NCBI GenBank assembly: GCA_002189035.1
Contig: NEEC01000004.1
Span: 1,054,001 to 1,118,000 of the forward strand
DNA: 64,000 bases
DNA from: Utricularia gibba
Lineage: Eukaryota; Plantae; Magnoliophyta
Direction of reading: 5' to 3'
The notes below the pieces were generated by a model that did no database searches, was not told the DNA's origin, and saw only the letters and a program-made list of their open reading frames with translations. Numbering within the stretch: the first letter of the stretch is position 1; the number at the start of each line of letters is the position of its first letter. Positions 1 to 13,291 of the stretch are shown here, piece after piece. Position numbers and translations under genes: made by a program.

Positions 1-2466
1 TCCAGTGTATGTTACAACAAGTGGTTTGTTTGCTACTCTGCATAGCTTGCTTAGCTGAAATCCAGAAAGCAGAGATGAGAACGATGAAATTGGAGCCATG
101 GTGCATAGCAGACATGAGATACCTGTTTTAGTGCATCATCGCACCTTCCAGCACTGCAAAGGCAACGAGCAAGGTCATAGTATATACCGGCATTGCCAAC
201 TATTCCTCTTCTCTCCATTTCATCAACAGCTGTTATCGCCTCATTGATTTTGCCCTCCTTCCAGAGGGTATTCACCAGAACTACAGACAGCAAGGAAGGC
301 TGTTTGGGTTGGATAGTAAACACACTGCATTAGGGGAAAGGTTTAAAAGAGATACTACCTCTGTAGATCAAAGCATTTGGTACGTATGATTTCTGAACTT
401 TCTTGAAAAAATCATGTACTAGGTTGTACTTCTCACATGCCAACATCACCTGTTCCAACAAGTATGAGATGGCAAGAACAGAAATGTGGCAAAGGCTGAA
501 CTGCAGAAAAGATTGATTACCTCCATAACTAGCCCATATGTTGCACAAGAAGGTTGTTGCCCCTTTTCACGAAGCTGCTGCAGAACCCAGAAAGCTCCTT
601 CCCAGTTTTTGCGTTGAACACAAGCATTTAGGACCTAGAAATACAGGCAGAAATTGGAAACCTGAAGGAAATGAATGAATAAAAGCATGGCTTCACAGTG
701 CAGCAGTTTGATTATAAATTTAGTCAGTATCCATGGACCGGAATTTCACCATATAAATAATGCTAATGTTCCATATATGTCACAACAAACTGCGTAGGGG
801 GTCATTTCCCACATACAAGGTAGAAAGCATGCAAGTGATACTTACAGCATTGTAAACGGTAATATCTGGTTCCAGACGTGGATCCCATTTGTCCAGAAAA
901 GGAGTACTGAACTTCTTTTTAGGAGGAGCTCTCATGGTGTCGATCACATCAAAGAGCTCCTTGATATGCCCAGCTTGACCAAGAGTAACCGCAATACAAT
1001 GATAAGCTACAATATCAGGATAGGAAGGCATTTGTTCCTGCACATTTATAAAAAGAAAACCAAATAATTCAGTTTACGGACCCATTATGTACTTATGCAC
1101 GATCATGGAGTATGAATCATCACCAGCATGGCGTGAAAAAGATTGAGAGACTCTACAGGCCTCTTGGCCTTCCCAAGAGCACTCAATGCAGCAGTGTATA
1201 CATATCTGAAGATATGAAGAAATTAAGGATGGTAAGATGCTAGCTATGAATAGAAAACACACAAGTTTTTGCTGATATTAGGATAAAAAATCTGTGAGAC
1301 ATAACAAGCTGCATGCATTTTCATGATGCATTGATGAATAGTCAGACTGGACAGGTAGGACAGAATTTAGGATTGATGTGAAAAATCTACAAAAATAACC
1401 TTAGTTTGTGGGATTTGAAGCGTTCATGAGACCGCATCCAATCAATTACTTGAAGTACCCGCCTCCAGTTTCCAAGCATTCCTAATGCCTGAACAAGCCT
1501 CATTATTGAATAATCTGTATACTTTATTTGAGCACTTCGCATCATTTTTGAGAACTGCCACTCTGGTATGTCGATGTCAGCACCGTTGAGACTGCAAAAG
1601 GAAGCAAATTTCTTTGATCTACTGAACAACAAGGCATAACTCTTGAAATGGTAAATTATCATATCCTTCATAGTAGAATCAGAATTATATTCATTACACA
1701 CAAATCAACTCATACAAAAAAGAAAAATCAGTGAAGCACCCAAAGGCCTAGAAAAACAGAAACTAAAGTGTATTCCATCAATAAGGGGACCATGTATTAC
1801 TCACCACCTAGCAAGTTTCTGAATTCTGTCCTCCTTATCAGCCTTGGTGACTCTCTTCTTTTCAACAGATCCATCTTCAGACTCCAATGATCTAAAGGCA
1901 GCTCTTTCAAACATCGCATCATCATCTCTCTTCCCATCAAACCTCTTAATTACACCATTACGCTTCTTCTTAACCTCCTCTGTTGCAGTATCGTGATCAA
2001 AAGAGTCCTCATTTGGTATTACCCGGCGCTTCACATAACCTTCCTTGGATACAATTTTTGAAACAGAAGTCTCATTATTGCGCTCATTCGACATTTCTCT
2101 GCGCTTCACTGACCTGTCCTTGGATGCAGTTTTGGTACCAGAAGTCTCCCCTTGGACAACGTCCACTTTTCCCCTTGTTTTTGAACGGACATCAACAGTA
2201 CCCCCAAATTTATCCCTGTCCGTCTTCACAGATTCCAAAGCCTTCAAATACTCAGCAAACGACGGCTTGAATTCGAACTCTTTACTAACAACATTGCCAC
2301 CCTTATCATCCAAGGAGCTTCGCACAGCAAGCTTTATCCTTGACGGAATAAAATCAACTTTCTTTGGCAATACAGACGACCCAAAACGGAAAAAAGGACT
2401 TTGAGGACAGTCTCTCGGCCTCAGAGCTTCGACGGTGGCTTCAGACATACAGAAATTACCCGCCAT
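1..2466 (-). CDS. EMB2279: Chloroplast P-type pentatricopeptide repeat protein, EMB2279/SOT5 (At1g30610)-like; multi-exon, 3' part runs off the window start
   Basis: Exons encode EFEFKPSFAEYLKALESVK, KLARCLNGADIDIPEWQFSKMMRSAQIKYTDYSIMRL, SYPDIVAYHCIAVTLGQAGHIKELF, WDPRLEPDITVYNA and VLVNTLWKEGK...YYDLARCLCSAGRC, as recalled for At1g30610. ATG at 2466; GT-AG introns. Confidence 0.9.
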
Positions 2467-2675
2467 TTTCCAACCCAACAAAACCTGATCACACCGCACA
2501 GAGCACTCTTAATACATGACCCAAAGCATCCATAAATACAAAGAAGATCTTTCCCACACCGTTCCCAGTTTGCGATTCAAGTGAGTGTGGTGATTCTTCA
2601 TAGCTCCCAGATAAGAAAGGCGAAAATCCATGAATTTCAAGACAAAAATCAATCAACTGGGCATGCAATAAGTGC

Positions 2676-2866
2676 CGGCCCAAAAATATCATATTGGGCC
2701 TTCATTGACTAAAGCCCACATAAAAACTTGGAGTCAAAACAAAAAACTATACACCTCACGTATTGACGCGCTCCGCTTTGGAAAACGTGGTGGGACCCAC
2801 GCCGCAAGAAAAATATCCGACAGCTTACCCAATATTGGGCCCCGCAATTTTTATAGCCCGGCCCAT
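2676..2866. promoter_or_regulatory. Cluster of site II (TGGGCY/GGCCCA) motifs in the divergent PPR/DWF1 promoter
   Basis: About five TGGGCC/GGCCCA/AGCCCA motifs within 190 bp between two head-to-head genes. Site II is a known TCP-bound plant promoter element. Confidence 0.55.
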
Positions 2867-3712
2867 CTTTCCAATTGGACCACCAGATCGAATTGTGCTC
2901 CATTGGCACGGCAATTAATCCTACTAAAAAAGAAAGAGAATTATCCCCCATCCTCGTAATTAGCACTAATTTCCATAATTAGAAACGTTCTTAACCCAAA
3001 GGGTTGTGGAATTACGATAATGCCCTTCCGTCTCGATCCCCTTGAAATAAATTTGTTGCTCCGGTTTCCAACACCGCCACCACCTCATTCTTCACTGCAG
3101 TCCCTGCGGCTCACTCTCTGAAGGGTTGGTGTTGCACTCTCTGACGCTCACTGTCAAATTGTTCCCCTTTTTGGGTCCTCTGATCTGTACATTTTTTGAG
3201 CAGCTGTTGCTATTTTGCTTGGCTTTGCATGGTGTATTTCAAGCAATGCTGGGTTTTTTGTTGTGTCAAGGGAATCGTATTGTTGATTTAGTTTCAGCTT
3301 CGGTTGAATTTGCTGTGAGACGGTTGTAGATCTAATAAGTTTAAGGCGTTATCGATCTTTTTAATTGACTTGGGTTGGGAATGTTGGTCTATTCGTTTGG
3401 TTTGAGCTGGTTTTTCCTGCATGCGGAAGGAGTTTCAAGTGATGATATAGTTAAAGCTATCTTCATAGCTGGTTCCTTTGGAATTTCAGATCTGGGGAGA
3501 ATGGGGTTACTGAATCGATTTTTATCCTAGCTACCATATTGGGTATTCAGTAAATGTTTAGTTTTTATTGGTGTTCACATTTATGATGTTGTTGCGTGTC
3601 TTTCTCATATGAGAGTGAATCTAGTTTTAGATTCTGTCTTTGTTGTTAAGGGATGATGCTTACTGGGTAAAACACTGTGTCATTGTCTTTGTAGGTCTCT
3701 TGCATTTTCAGA

Positions 3713-5476
3713 ATGTCAGATCTTGAGGCCCCGCTTCGCCCCAAGAGAAAGAAGACTTTCGTGGACTACTTTGTTCAGTTCAGATGGATAATTGTCATCT
3801 TTGTCGTTCTTCCCATCTCCTTCACTCTGTACTTCCTCATTTATCTTGGTGACATACGGTCTGATCGCAAGTCATTCAAGCAGCGCCAGAAAGAACACGA
3901 TGAGAATGTCCAGAAGGTTGTCAAGCGCTTAAAGGAGCGGAACCCAAGCAAGGATGGCTTGGTCTGCACAGCTCGCAAGCCATGGATTGCGGTTGGAATG
4001 CGTAATGTGGATTACAAGCGTGCCAGACACTTCGAGGTTGACCTTGCTGCCTTTAGGAACGTTCTTGATATTGATAAGGAGAAGATGATTGCGAGAGTCG
4101 AGCCTTTGGTATGTATGAGTCAGATTTCCAGGGTCACTGTCCCAATGAACCTATCTCTTGCTGTTGTTGCTGAGCTTGATGATCTTACTGTTGGTGGTTT
4201 GATCAACGGCTATGGCATTGAAGGAAGCTCTCACATTTATGGACTCTTCGCTGACACCGTTGTGGCTTATGAAATTGTCTTGGCAGATGGGAGTTTGGTT
4301 AGAGCTACAAAGGATAACGAATACTCTGACCTTTTCTATGCTATCCCCTGGTCTCAGGGGACACTGGGACTCCTTGTGGCTGCTGAGATTAAGCTTATTC
4401 CTGTAAAGGAATATATGAAACTGACATACAAACCTGTAGTTGGCAACTTGAAGGAGCTTGCTCAAGGTTATATGGATTCCTTTGCACCACGAGATTTGGA
4501 TCAGGACAATCCTTCCAAAGTTCCAGATTTTGTTGAGACGATGGTTTATTCTCCCACGGAAGCTGTGTGCATGACAGGGAGATACGCATCTAAAGAAGAA
4601 GCCAAAAAGAAGGGTAATAAGATAAATGAGGTTGGTTGGTGGTTCAAACCATGGTTTTACCAGCATGCGCAGACGGCATTGAAGAAAGGGGAGTTTGTGG
4701 AATATATTCCAACCAGAGAATACTACCACAGGCACACTAGATGCCTGTACTGGGAAGGCAAACTTATCCTTCCATTTGCTGATCAATTCTGGTTCAGGTT
4801 TCTTCTTGGTTGGATGATGCCCCAAAGGTTTCTTTACTCAAAGCCACACAAGGTGAGGCCATCAGGAATTATTACCATGAAATGCATGTCATTCAGGATA
4901 TGCTCGTTCCACTGTACAAGGTTGGTGATGCGCTCGAATGGGTCCACAGAGAGATGGAGGTTTGTCTCGGTTTTTTTCTCCGACAATGGTCTTTTATTCT
5001 TTCTGCAGATACTGACAGCTGAGTTTTTGACAGATCTACCCCATCTGGCTCTGCCCACACAGGCTATACAAACTCCCTGTTAAAACGATGGTTTACCCTG
5101 AACCAGGATTCGATCAAAATCTACACCAGGGTGACACTACCTACGCTCAAATGTACACAGATATTGGAGTCTACTATGCTCCAGGACCTGTCCTGCGGGG
5201 CGAGGTCTTCGATGGAGCAGAGGCAGTCCGCAGAATGGAGCAATGGCTGATAGAAAACCATGGCTTCCAACCACAGTACGCTGTGTCCGAGCTCTCAGAG
5301 AAGAGCTTCTGGAGAATGTTTGATGCTGATCTGTATGAGCACTGCAGACGCAAGTACGGAGCTGTTGGTACATTCATGAGCGTCTACTACAAATCAAAGA
5401 AAGGTAGGAAGACTGAAAAAGAGGTTCAGGAAGCAGAGCAGGAGACTCTGGAGACCCGGATGCCGATATCAACTAG
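3713..5476 (+). CDS. DWF1: Delta(24)-sterol reductase DIMINUTO/DWARF1; 2 coding exons; two apparent 1-bp deletions (about 4820 and 5455)
   Basis: MSDLEAPLRPKRKK start, FAD-binding region (VGGLINGYGIEGSSH), KVSLLKATQGEAIRNYY, intron after HREME, then IYPIWLCPHRLYKLPVKTMVYPEPGF. Frame is restored by +1 C at 4820-4823 and 5455-5457, giving the end ETPDADIN*. Confidence 0.96.
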
Positions 5477-5824
5477 ACAGCATTCAGATGCTTCCCTTCA
5501 AGTTATGCATTGGCTTCTGCTTCTGCAAGTGCAATGTGATGTGTTTGTTTCCCCATTTTAGCGACTTCCATTCCATGAGGTGAACTCAGTTTGTGCTGTC
5601 TTCGTTTCTAATACTGGGCTTCATTTCCTTTCTTGTAGAAGCATTAATAAACTCTTTGTTTTAAATTGTTTTTAAGAACAATTGGGGTGTATTTTGTATT
5701 TTCAGAATAATTTGGGGCTGACAATTAATTTGAAGAACTACTTGTACGCATTATGGAAATGAATCATTAATTACAATAAGGACCCCGCCCTCAAAAACCA
5801 GATAACGTTCATTTCTCAGTTGGT

Positions 5825-8800
5825 ATGTTCGATCTTTGGAATGTCTTCTCTGGTCCTAAATTTTCCGATCACTTTTCAAGGTATCGGTTACGCCGCCGTT
5901 GCTCACTGTCGTCATTCTCGGGGAGTAATCTTCACGCGTTTGTCTACAAGCCATTGCAAGTGGTGGATAGAGGAGCGTCAGCATCTGGCGACGGCGGACA
6001 TCCTTCGATAGTTCTGGATAGTCTTCGGGTACTTCAATGGGATGAAGTCTGCGACTGCGTCGCTTCTTTTGCTGGAAGTTCACTCGGAAAGAAAGCGACT
6101 CAGGTTTTTTTTTTCACGGCTGGGACGTATTTTTGGGGTGGATATACTTATGTTGGAAGGAGTTGCTTGGGTGCTTTAATGGTGGTTCTTAAAAGTTCTA
6201 GATTAAGCAACGGTTTTATACAGATCGAGCTGGATTACGACACTAATGCACGATTCGGTTTGCTGAATCGTTTTTTTGCACTATTGCTTTTTCTCCTTTG
6301 AATTTTCATTTGTGTTGTGCCTAGGAGCTTCTGCGGAATTTGGATGGATCCTATGAAGAAAGTATGAAGCTTCTGAAGGAGACAAATGCAGCGGTGGAGA
6401 TGCATAATTATGGTGCAATGATGGACTTTATTGGCATCGATGTTGCTCACGTATGGTGATACATGTTCGTGATTATTCTCGCGTTTTAATGCCTTCGGTT
6501 TATAAGATTGTGCATATGTATGCAAACAAAGAAAAAATCTTTCGAGTTCCTTTTGAAGTAGCGGAGACTGATAGATGGTTCGTAAACTCGATGCTACCTT
6601 TCTGGCTGAAGGTGGAAACTTCCATAAAATGTGCACGTGGGGGATCTCCTGTGGGTGGAGTTGAAGCAATTGCACTTCGAGACCTTTTAAAGTTTGCAGA
6701 ATCGCTACAGTTTAATGTAAATGCTGCAGTAAAGGAGGATTATGATTGGTTTATGAGATTTATGCCCCTTTCAGAAATGGTATTGTGCTTGTATTAATAA
6801 ACTATACTCGTATTTGTGCCAATGGTTTGTGTACTGCCGTTCTAATTGTTGAATTACATGTGATTGCAGATTTTGGAATTAAGAATAACTCACCATTTAA
6901 TCAAGTTCATCGAGCAGCTTGTAGATGAGGATGGTTCAGTGAAGGACTCTGCGGTTCGTATGAGTTTGTCATTTCATTATGCTTTCAGTATACTCAATTC
7001 CATGTGATATTGTTGCCTTTCTTTTTAATCCGTCCATGTTTTCCTTTAGAGTTCAAGTTTGAGGCTAGCTCGTAATCAAGTGCGCTTATTTGAGAGGAAG
7101 GTAAAAGTTATATGATATGAATTAATGTTTGCTAGGGTTTTTTTTTTGTTTGAATAATCTTGGCGAACTTCATTGCTTTGATGCTGCTTTTTAGCTGTAT
7201 GAGATGATGGAAGCTATGATAAGGAACAAAACAGATGGAGACGCACTGGTAAGTTATTGCTATTTATATGTACCACCTCCATAACATTTTTATGTAATTT
7301 ACAAGATGCGCCAACTGGGCGTTCTTTTTTCCAGGAAGTATTTAGTATCGATGGAAGATGGTGCATTAAGTCAGCTGCTGATGGTCGGACCAAATTTGAG
7401 GGACTATTACTGGCAAGGTGTTCGTGTTCTTTATTGTTTTGCCACATCCCACAAGATTCTGTGTCATAATCATTTTTCATCAGCGAATATTATGTATTTT
7501 GGTATTGATTGAGTTGCACTACATATGATCACTATTTTTCTATGCTTTTGTGTAACACTCTTCCAGTTCCCGTGAAGGGACTGCCGTAGAACCACTACCA
7601 GCTGTTCCACTTAATGATGAGCTGGGACGTGCAAGGGAATCTGTGAGAAAAGCAGAGGAGGAAGTGCTCTTAAGGATAACTAAGAAGGTGTCTGGAGTTT
7701 CATTAAGCTGTAACCTTATTCTGTTGCCATTTTTCAAAGTATTCAGATTTATTTTTGTGAAAATATTGCAGATGCAAATGGAACTTGATGATATTGAGAA
7801 TGTTATGGTTACGATGATCCGGATAGACGCGGTAAGCTAACATTAACTCCATATATATAGTGCATTGTATTAGTTTTTCAATTTTGACATTGGTATGCAT
7901 AATGGCTGAATGTGAAACCTTGAAATTTTGAGCAATTACCTGGCTGTTTGTGTCAATTATTTTTAGTTTCTTGAGTGGAAAACAGCTGCTGCAATTTTTT
8001 TTGATAGGTAATCAGTTAAGATGTGAAATCTTTTTGTTATATGGCGATGTTTCTTTGAAGGTTTCATGCATGTTTCTTTCTCTCTTTTCTCTCTTTTTGT
8101 ATGCTTCTTGATTTGCATTACCTAGAAAATTATCAGAAAAAAATTAGTACAATTTCTGAGTTGCACTTCTAGTTTCCACTTGTTTTGGAGCTGGCTACCA
8201 AAATTTAGGGATCTGATACAGATAAATGCTAGAGCACGATATAGTCTTTCTTTCGGGGGTGCATATCCTGACTTGTATTTGCCAGAAGATGAAGATAGCG
8301 CTATAGCTGAAATCCCAACTGAGCAGACACTGAGTCAGAGGAAGTGGAATTTATATTTACCCAAAGCTTATCATCCACTGTTGCTTCATCAGCATCGCCG
8401 TAACTTGCATACCGCAGAAAAAGATTTGAATGATGCTAAAGCGGTGAGTTGCATATGAAGATTTCACCACTTGAATTATTAAATAGTATGTTTTGAATGG
8501 CCACCTGGCTCAGGTTACAAGCTAGAATGATGCTTCATTACTTATAATTATTGTTTCCACAAGAATCCATCATGAGTTATTATTAGCTTGCTAATGGCAT
8601 CAATCTTTTGACTTTTTGGAGTGTAATTCGTGTCTGTTTTTAATCTTTTGGAATTGCTCCTTCATATTAAATCTCATTCATCTTCAGGAGATCAGGAGAA
8701 GAAAGATGGGTGGATCCATAAACAGGAAAGGCGAAGGCAATTTCAATTTATCAGCTTTGGAAAAGCAGGTGACTCCTTGAGTGGAAATCAGCTTATTGAA

Positions 8801-11298
8801 CTTACTGCATCTTTCCAAATCCTATGCATCTGTTCACCATATGCCTCCGTGCTTCAGATTTCTAACTTGAAAAATGCCCCACCAGTCCCCTCCGACATTC
8901 TTATTGGACGTAATACTAAGGTTGTTGTCATTACTGGTCCAAATACTGGTGGCAAAACCATTTGCTTGAAGACAATTGGTTTAGCTGCTATGATGGCAAA
9001 ATCAGGTGACTACAGTTTCTATTTATAGTTTGTGTAAATGAATTTTTGCTTCCCGAGGCTCTAGAGGTAAGGACAGCACATCTCTTCTTATTTTTTCTTT
9101 TTCTGTAATAAGTCAAATATTGTTATATACAGGTCTGTATGTTTTGGCATCTGAATCTGCAAGAATTCCTTGGTTTGATTTTGTACTTGCCGACATTGGT
9201 GATGAGCAATCACTACTGCAATCTTTATCCACATTCTCTGGCCATCTGAAACAAATTAGTGTAAGTTGGTTAGGATAATGGTCTTATACGCATCAACAAT
9301 TGGAGCCATTTGAGAAGATCTACCTCTATTAGTTATTTTTTTTCTAGGGATAAGGGTTTTATTATTTCTACAAGTCTTCCACAACGTGCCCTTGAATGTA
9401 TGCAATCTTCTATTATTTGACCTACATAAAGTTTTAAAGTAGAAGTGGTTTAGAATTATAACTTTCTCATATATCTTGTTGATCACTGCATCGAAGGGTC
9501 TTCTGACCCCGATGTATATGCTCTATTTTTGTTTCCGCAAGTTGGCAACCTTTTTCATCGAGGGGTCATTTTTTTATATTACCAGCTTAAATCTCTCTTG
9601 ATATCTCTGTTTTTTCCAGGATATCAAATCCTTATCTACAAGGCTGTCATTAGTGCTGTTGGATGAAGTATGGAATCTTGAGTTATTATTTACGTATGAT
9701 AAATGATCTATCTACCACTTGAACTAATGAATACAAACACTCAGGTGGGTGCAGGGACGAATCCCCTCGAAGGAGCTGCCTTCGGCATGTCATTGCTGGA
9801 ATCGTTTGCCGATAGTGGTGCATTATTAACAATCTCAACAACACATCACAGTGAATTGAAAGCTCTTAAATGCATGTAAATGATGGAGACAATGACATAT
9901 AGCTTTTTTGCCAGATCCCCCTATGACTAATTTTCTTACCGTTTGACAGCAATTCTGCCTTTGAAAATGCTTGCATGGAGTTCGACGAAATCAATTTGAA
10001 GCCCACTTACAGGATCCTTTGGGGTGTGCCAGGTTGTTTCTCCTTCCCATTTTTTAACTGAGGTTATTTTTTAGCGACTCGGGTCCCAGACAAAAAAAAA
10101 TAAATAAATAAATAAAAGGTTTGGCTCAGTTGAGTCACCTTGTCTTCATAGTTTTAAACAGCTCGTTGTATTGCGTAAAATTGATTATTTGTATAGGACG
10201 TTCAAATGCCATCAATATTGCTGAGAGACTTGGGCTACGTGCTGAGATTTTGGATAATGCACGAGATCTCTATGGGGCAGCCAGTGCAGAGATTAATGAG
10301 GCGAGTCCAAAGCATGATTGATGCCCATGCTACTATATTCTGGATTTGTATTTAGCTTTCCAAAACTTGTGTTATAAGCTCGTTTTTTGTCATTTATCAT
10401 GAACTAGTTCTCTTTAACTCAGTGCAGCTGATAGTGGACATGGAAAGATTCAAGCAGGAGTATCATCACAACATTCAAGAGGCACAACACTACCTGGGGT
10501 TAGAATTAATTTTAGTCATTGATTTTTGCACGAAAGTGATTTCCGTTAACTGATTAAGGCTGCACTACTTCCATTGACTCTTAGGCCAGGTCCCCCCTAC
10601 AGAAACTTGAACTGTCACAAAAAAAAAAAAAATCTTGTTTATCACACACCATGGAACTAAAATCTTCTAGTTTTTGGTTTTAGACTCTCGGAAAAACTTC
10701 ATGCAAGCCTAGTCTCAGCCAATAGCAGAGTTTTGCAACACGCCATGAGGGAGAGAATTAGGATTGCGGAGGAGATTTCCAAGGCTGCAGCAGCAGCTCG
10801 TTCGATCATCCATAAAAAACTGAGAGATGCTCGTTCATTAGCTCGTACCAATCGATCCAAGCAACTTAAAGAAAACAGAGTTCAGGATGATACTTTAGCT
10901 TCAGTTAGTCCTCTAAGAACAGGAGAAACTACTACTTCTTCAGTGGCCACGACTCCAGCTCCTGAAGATGGGTTCCAGAAACTCGCAAGTAAGTGTTTCC
11001 TCAATTCTCCAGTCTCCTCTTTAAGTAAACACAGCCTTGATACAATGTCTTATGATTTTCTGCCTGCACTTGATTGTGAGAAACAATCTATTCGTTGTTG
11101 TTGACTTATCGAATGCTCATTTTTGCACATCCTATATCAGAAAAGAAGCCCCAACTGCCAAGTGTAGGTGACATGGTGAATGTTCCCTCCCTCAGTCTCA
11201 AAGCTAAGGTAATGAAATTGGATCCCTTGAAACAAGAAATGGTAGTCCAAGCTGGCAACATGAAGCTAAATGTGAAAATGGCTGATGTTGTCATATGA
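5825..11298 (+). CDS. Plastid MutS2-family ATPase, MutS2B (At5g54090)-like; many exons; no Smr domain
   Basis: [25 protein letters not shown], Walker [73 protein letters not shown]. The C-terminus [16 protein letters not shown] resembles At5g54090. Confidence 0.92.
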
Positions 11299-11952
11299 CA
11301 TCGAGACTAGTCTCCCATTAGACAAATCATAAATATGATTTCTTTGCAATAGTATGCGTTTTGCACTCATTCACAATTGTTTGTTTTCTTACTGTTCACC
11401 AAAATTTTCACATTACACCCACAATTCCTTAGGAACCATAAGAAATCGATCTGTGAGCCTCAACCACTGGAGCATCTTACTACACCTAGGAGCTAATTTT
11501 CAGATGGTGAAACCAGTTTCCGAGGGCGCTTTTTCACAAATAATAAGCCGTTAAGAACCAGAAAAAATTCAGGTATTGAATAGAGAGGTTCACAACAAGA
11601 CCAATCTACAATCTCTAAGATCACAACAAAACTTCCACAAAATGTAGCAAAGGAAGGAAATCAAGAGAAGCAGGAGCAAAGCAGCTGCTTCTGTCAATGG
11701 CATCTGCAAATGAAAAACTCCAATGACGTAGAATGGTAATAAATTGGTTGCAAGCTGCACTGTGCTTGTCTTTATACCTTTACAATGAAACAGAGCAGGG
11801 GCGTGGCCGACCTCAGGCTGTCTGTCCCCTCCATCGGGTGCTTATTAGATGATTCAGTTCAGGTCTCCATTTATGTTGTATCACGGTATGCATAGACCCC
11901 CAGACAGCTAGCTTCAGGGATATGATAAATCGACAGCTCGCTCCAATTTCTC

Positions 11953-13291
11953 TCATTGGATTGTTCTGGTTAGTTTACACTTGGAAAGAAACATGGTGTC
12001 TGAGTAATTCAGACTGCACAGTTTCAACAGCTCAGCCGCTTGCTGCTTGAGAACTTGCCTGCAACCACTTTGGATGACAAGGAGGAGCTTTGCAGCAAGC
12101 CCTGCATCCACAGCTACCAAAGAGCATTCCTCGGGTGCAAGTTTGCAAACGGACAACAAAATTGAAAGAGAATGTCCTGTGCAAATCTCAGATATTCTCA
12201 TCAGCAGTTTTACCATGGTAGGTATAGTGCTTGGACAGTCCTTCAAAGCTTGCTTCCCCTGAGATGTAGATGAGAGTGCATCCAATGTGAAGAGCGCTAG
12301 CTCGATGCATTCCGGGCTCAAGAAGGGTATTAATTCTACCAACTGAGGTGCAGCTCCAATATTCAGAATCAGAGGCAGTAGTTCATCATGTATGCTAATG
12401 GATTTGAGAAGAGCAAGACCAGGCAAATGGCCGTTGGGGTGTCTCTTATCCCTGATCAGCCTCATCAACGCAACCAACAAACTGTGACTCGAAATTGTTT
12501 CTGCACGGAAGCTCTTATCATCCATCAGTGTCTCGATCAGACGAACACAGTTCAGCTTGACATCTATAGACCCTTCATTCAAGACATCTATCACACAAGA
12601 CAGCTTTGAAGGTTGCATCAGGATTGCTTTGGAATCAGAACACAGGGTCAAGTTCACTAGAATTGCTATGACTTCTGATCCCACGGTATACGAAGTAAAG
12701 GGCCGAGTAAGGATGAAAGATGTGCTACTCCCCCTTCATCTACAACGGCGGTCCTCGCAGTTGAATGATTAGCCACGAGCTGCTGCAGTTCCTTCAGAGT
12801 TTGTATTCTGGACTGGCCCTTGACCTTTTTAAGGGTCGTTAGGAGCTCCGAGGTTCTACCCTGTGCATCTTCTGATCTCTTCTTCATCTGCACATACTGC
12901 TGCGAAAACCAAGTGCAAATCAGTTGATAAAGCGTTCTGTTGGGGTGAGCGTATCATCCCAAAGCTCCTGCATAGTTGTTGGGCAAGTGTAATGCCCCAT
13001 TCCCAACCATTTGAGAATATTAGATTTCTCGTACGTTTGCCCTGTGCAGAGGGTGACAGGATCAGTCATAGGCTCTAATGAGATGGGGCAGATAAAAACT
13101 GAGGGAACTTCCGACAAGTTTAGCTCCTCAATCATCTTATTGAGATCCAATTTCTCCACGGCCCCAGTTCCTAACCCACCAACCCCAACTCCTCCCAAGA
13201 CTCCATCTTTTACCGCAGTATCAAGATCCAGCACACGCCCATCTCCGCCCCCAAGAAACCCATTCTTCTTTGACGGCTGAAGCATCGGCAT
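11953..13291 (-). CDS. U-box/ARM E3 ubiquitin ligase, PUB30/PUB31-like; intronless; two apparent 1-bp deletions
   Basis: MPMLQPS...LDLDTAVKDGVLGG, U-box PSVFICPISLEPMTDPVTLCTGQTYE, MKKRSEDAQGR, GSEVIAILVNL, end MFLSKCKLTRTIQ*. Three ORF-track segments join with +1 base at 12942-12945 and about 12697-12702. Confidence 0.93.

Noticed and set aside
1983-2404. Long antisense ORFs over the PPR exon (and similar ones over DWF1, KCS10, patatin and TM9SF)
   Set aside because: Opposite-strand shadows of real coding exons with no independent evidence.
9870-9952. Possible AT-AC (U12) intron in MutS2: TGC|ATGTAA...TTGAC|AGC
   Set aside because: The 5' end is not ATATCCTT. A standard phase-2 GT-AG intron (AT|GTAAAT...GACAG|C) keeps the frame and is more parsimonious.
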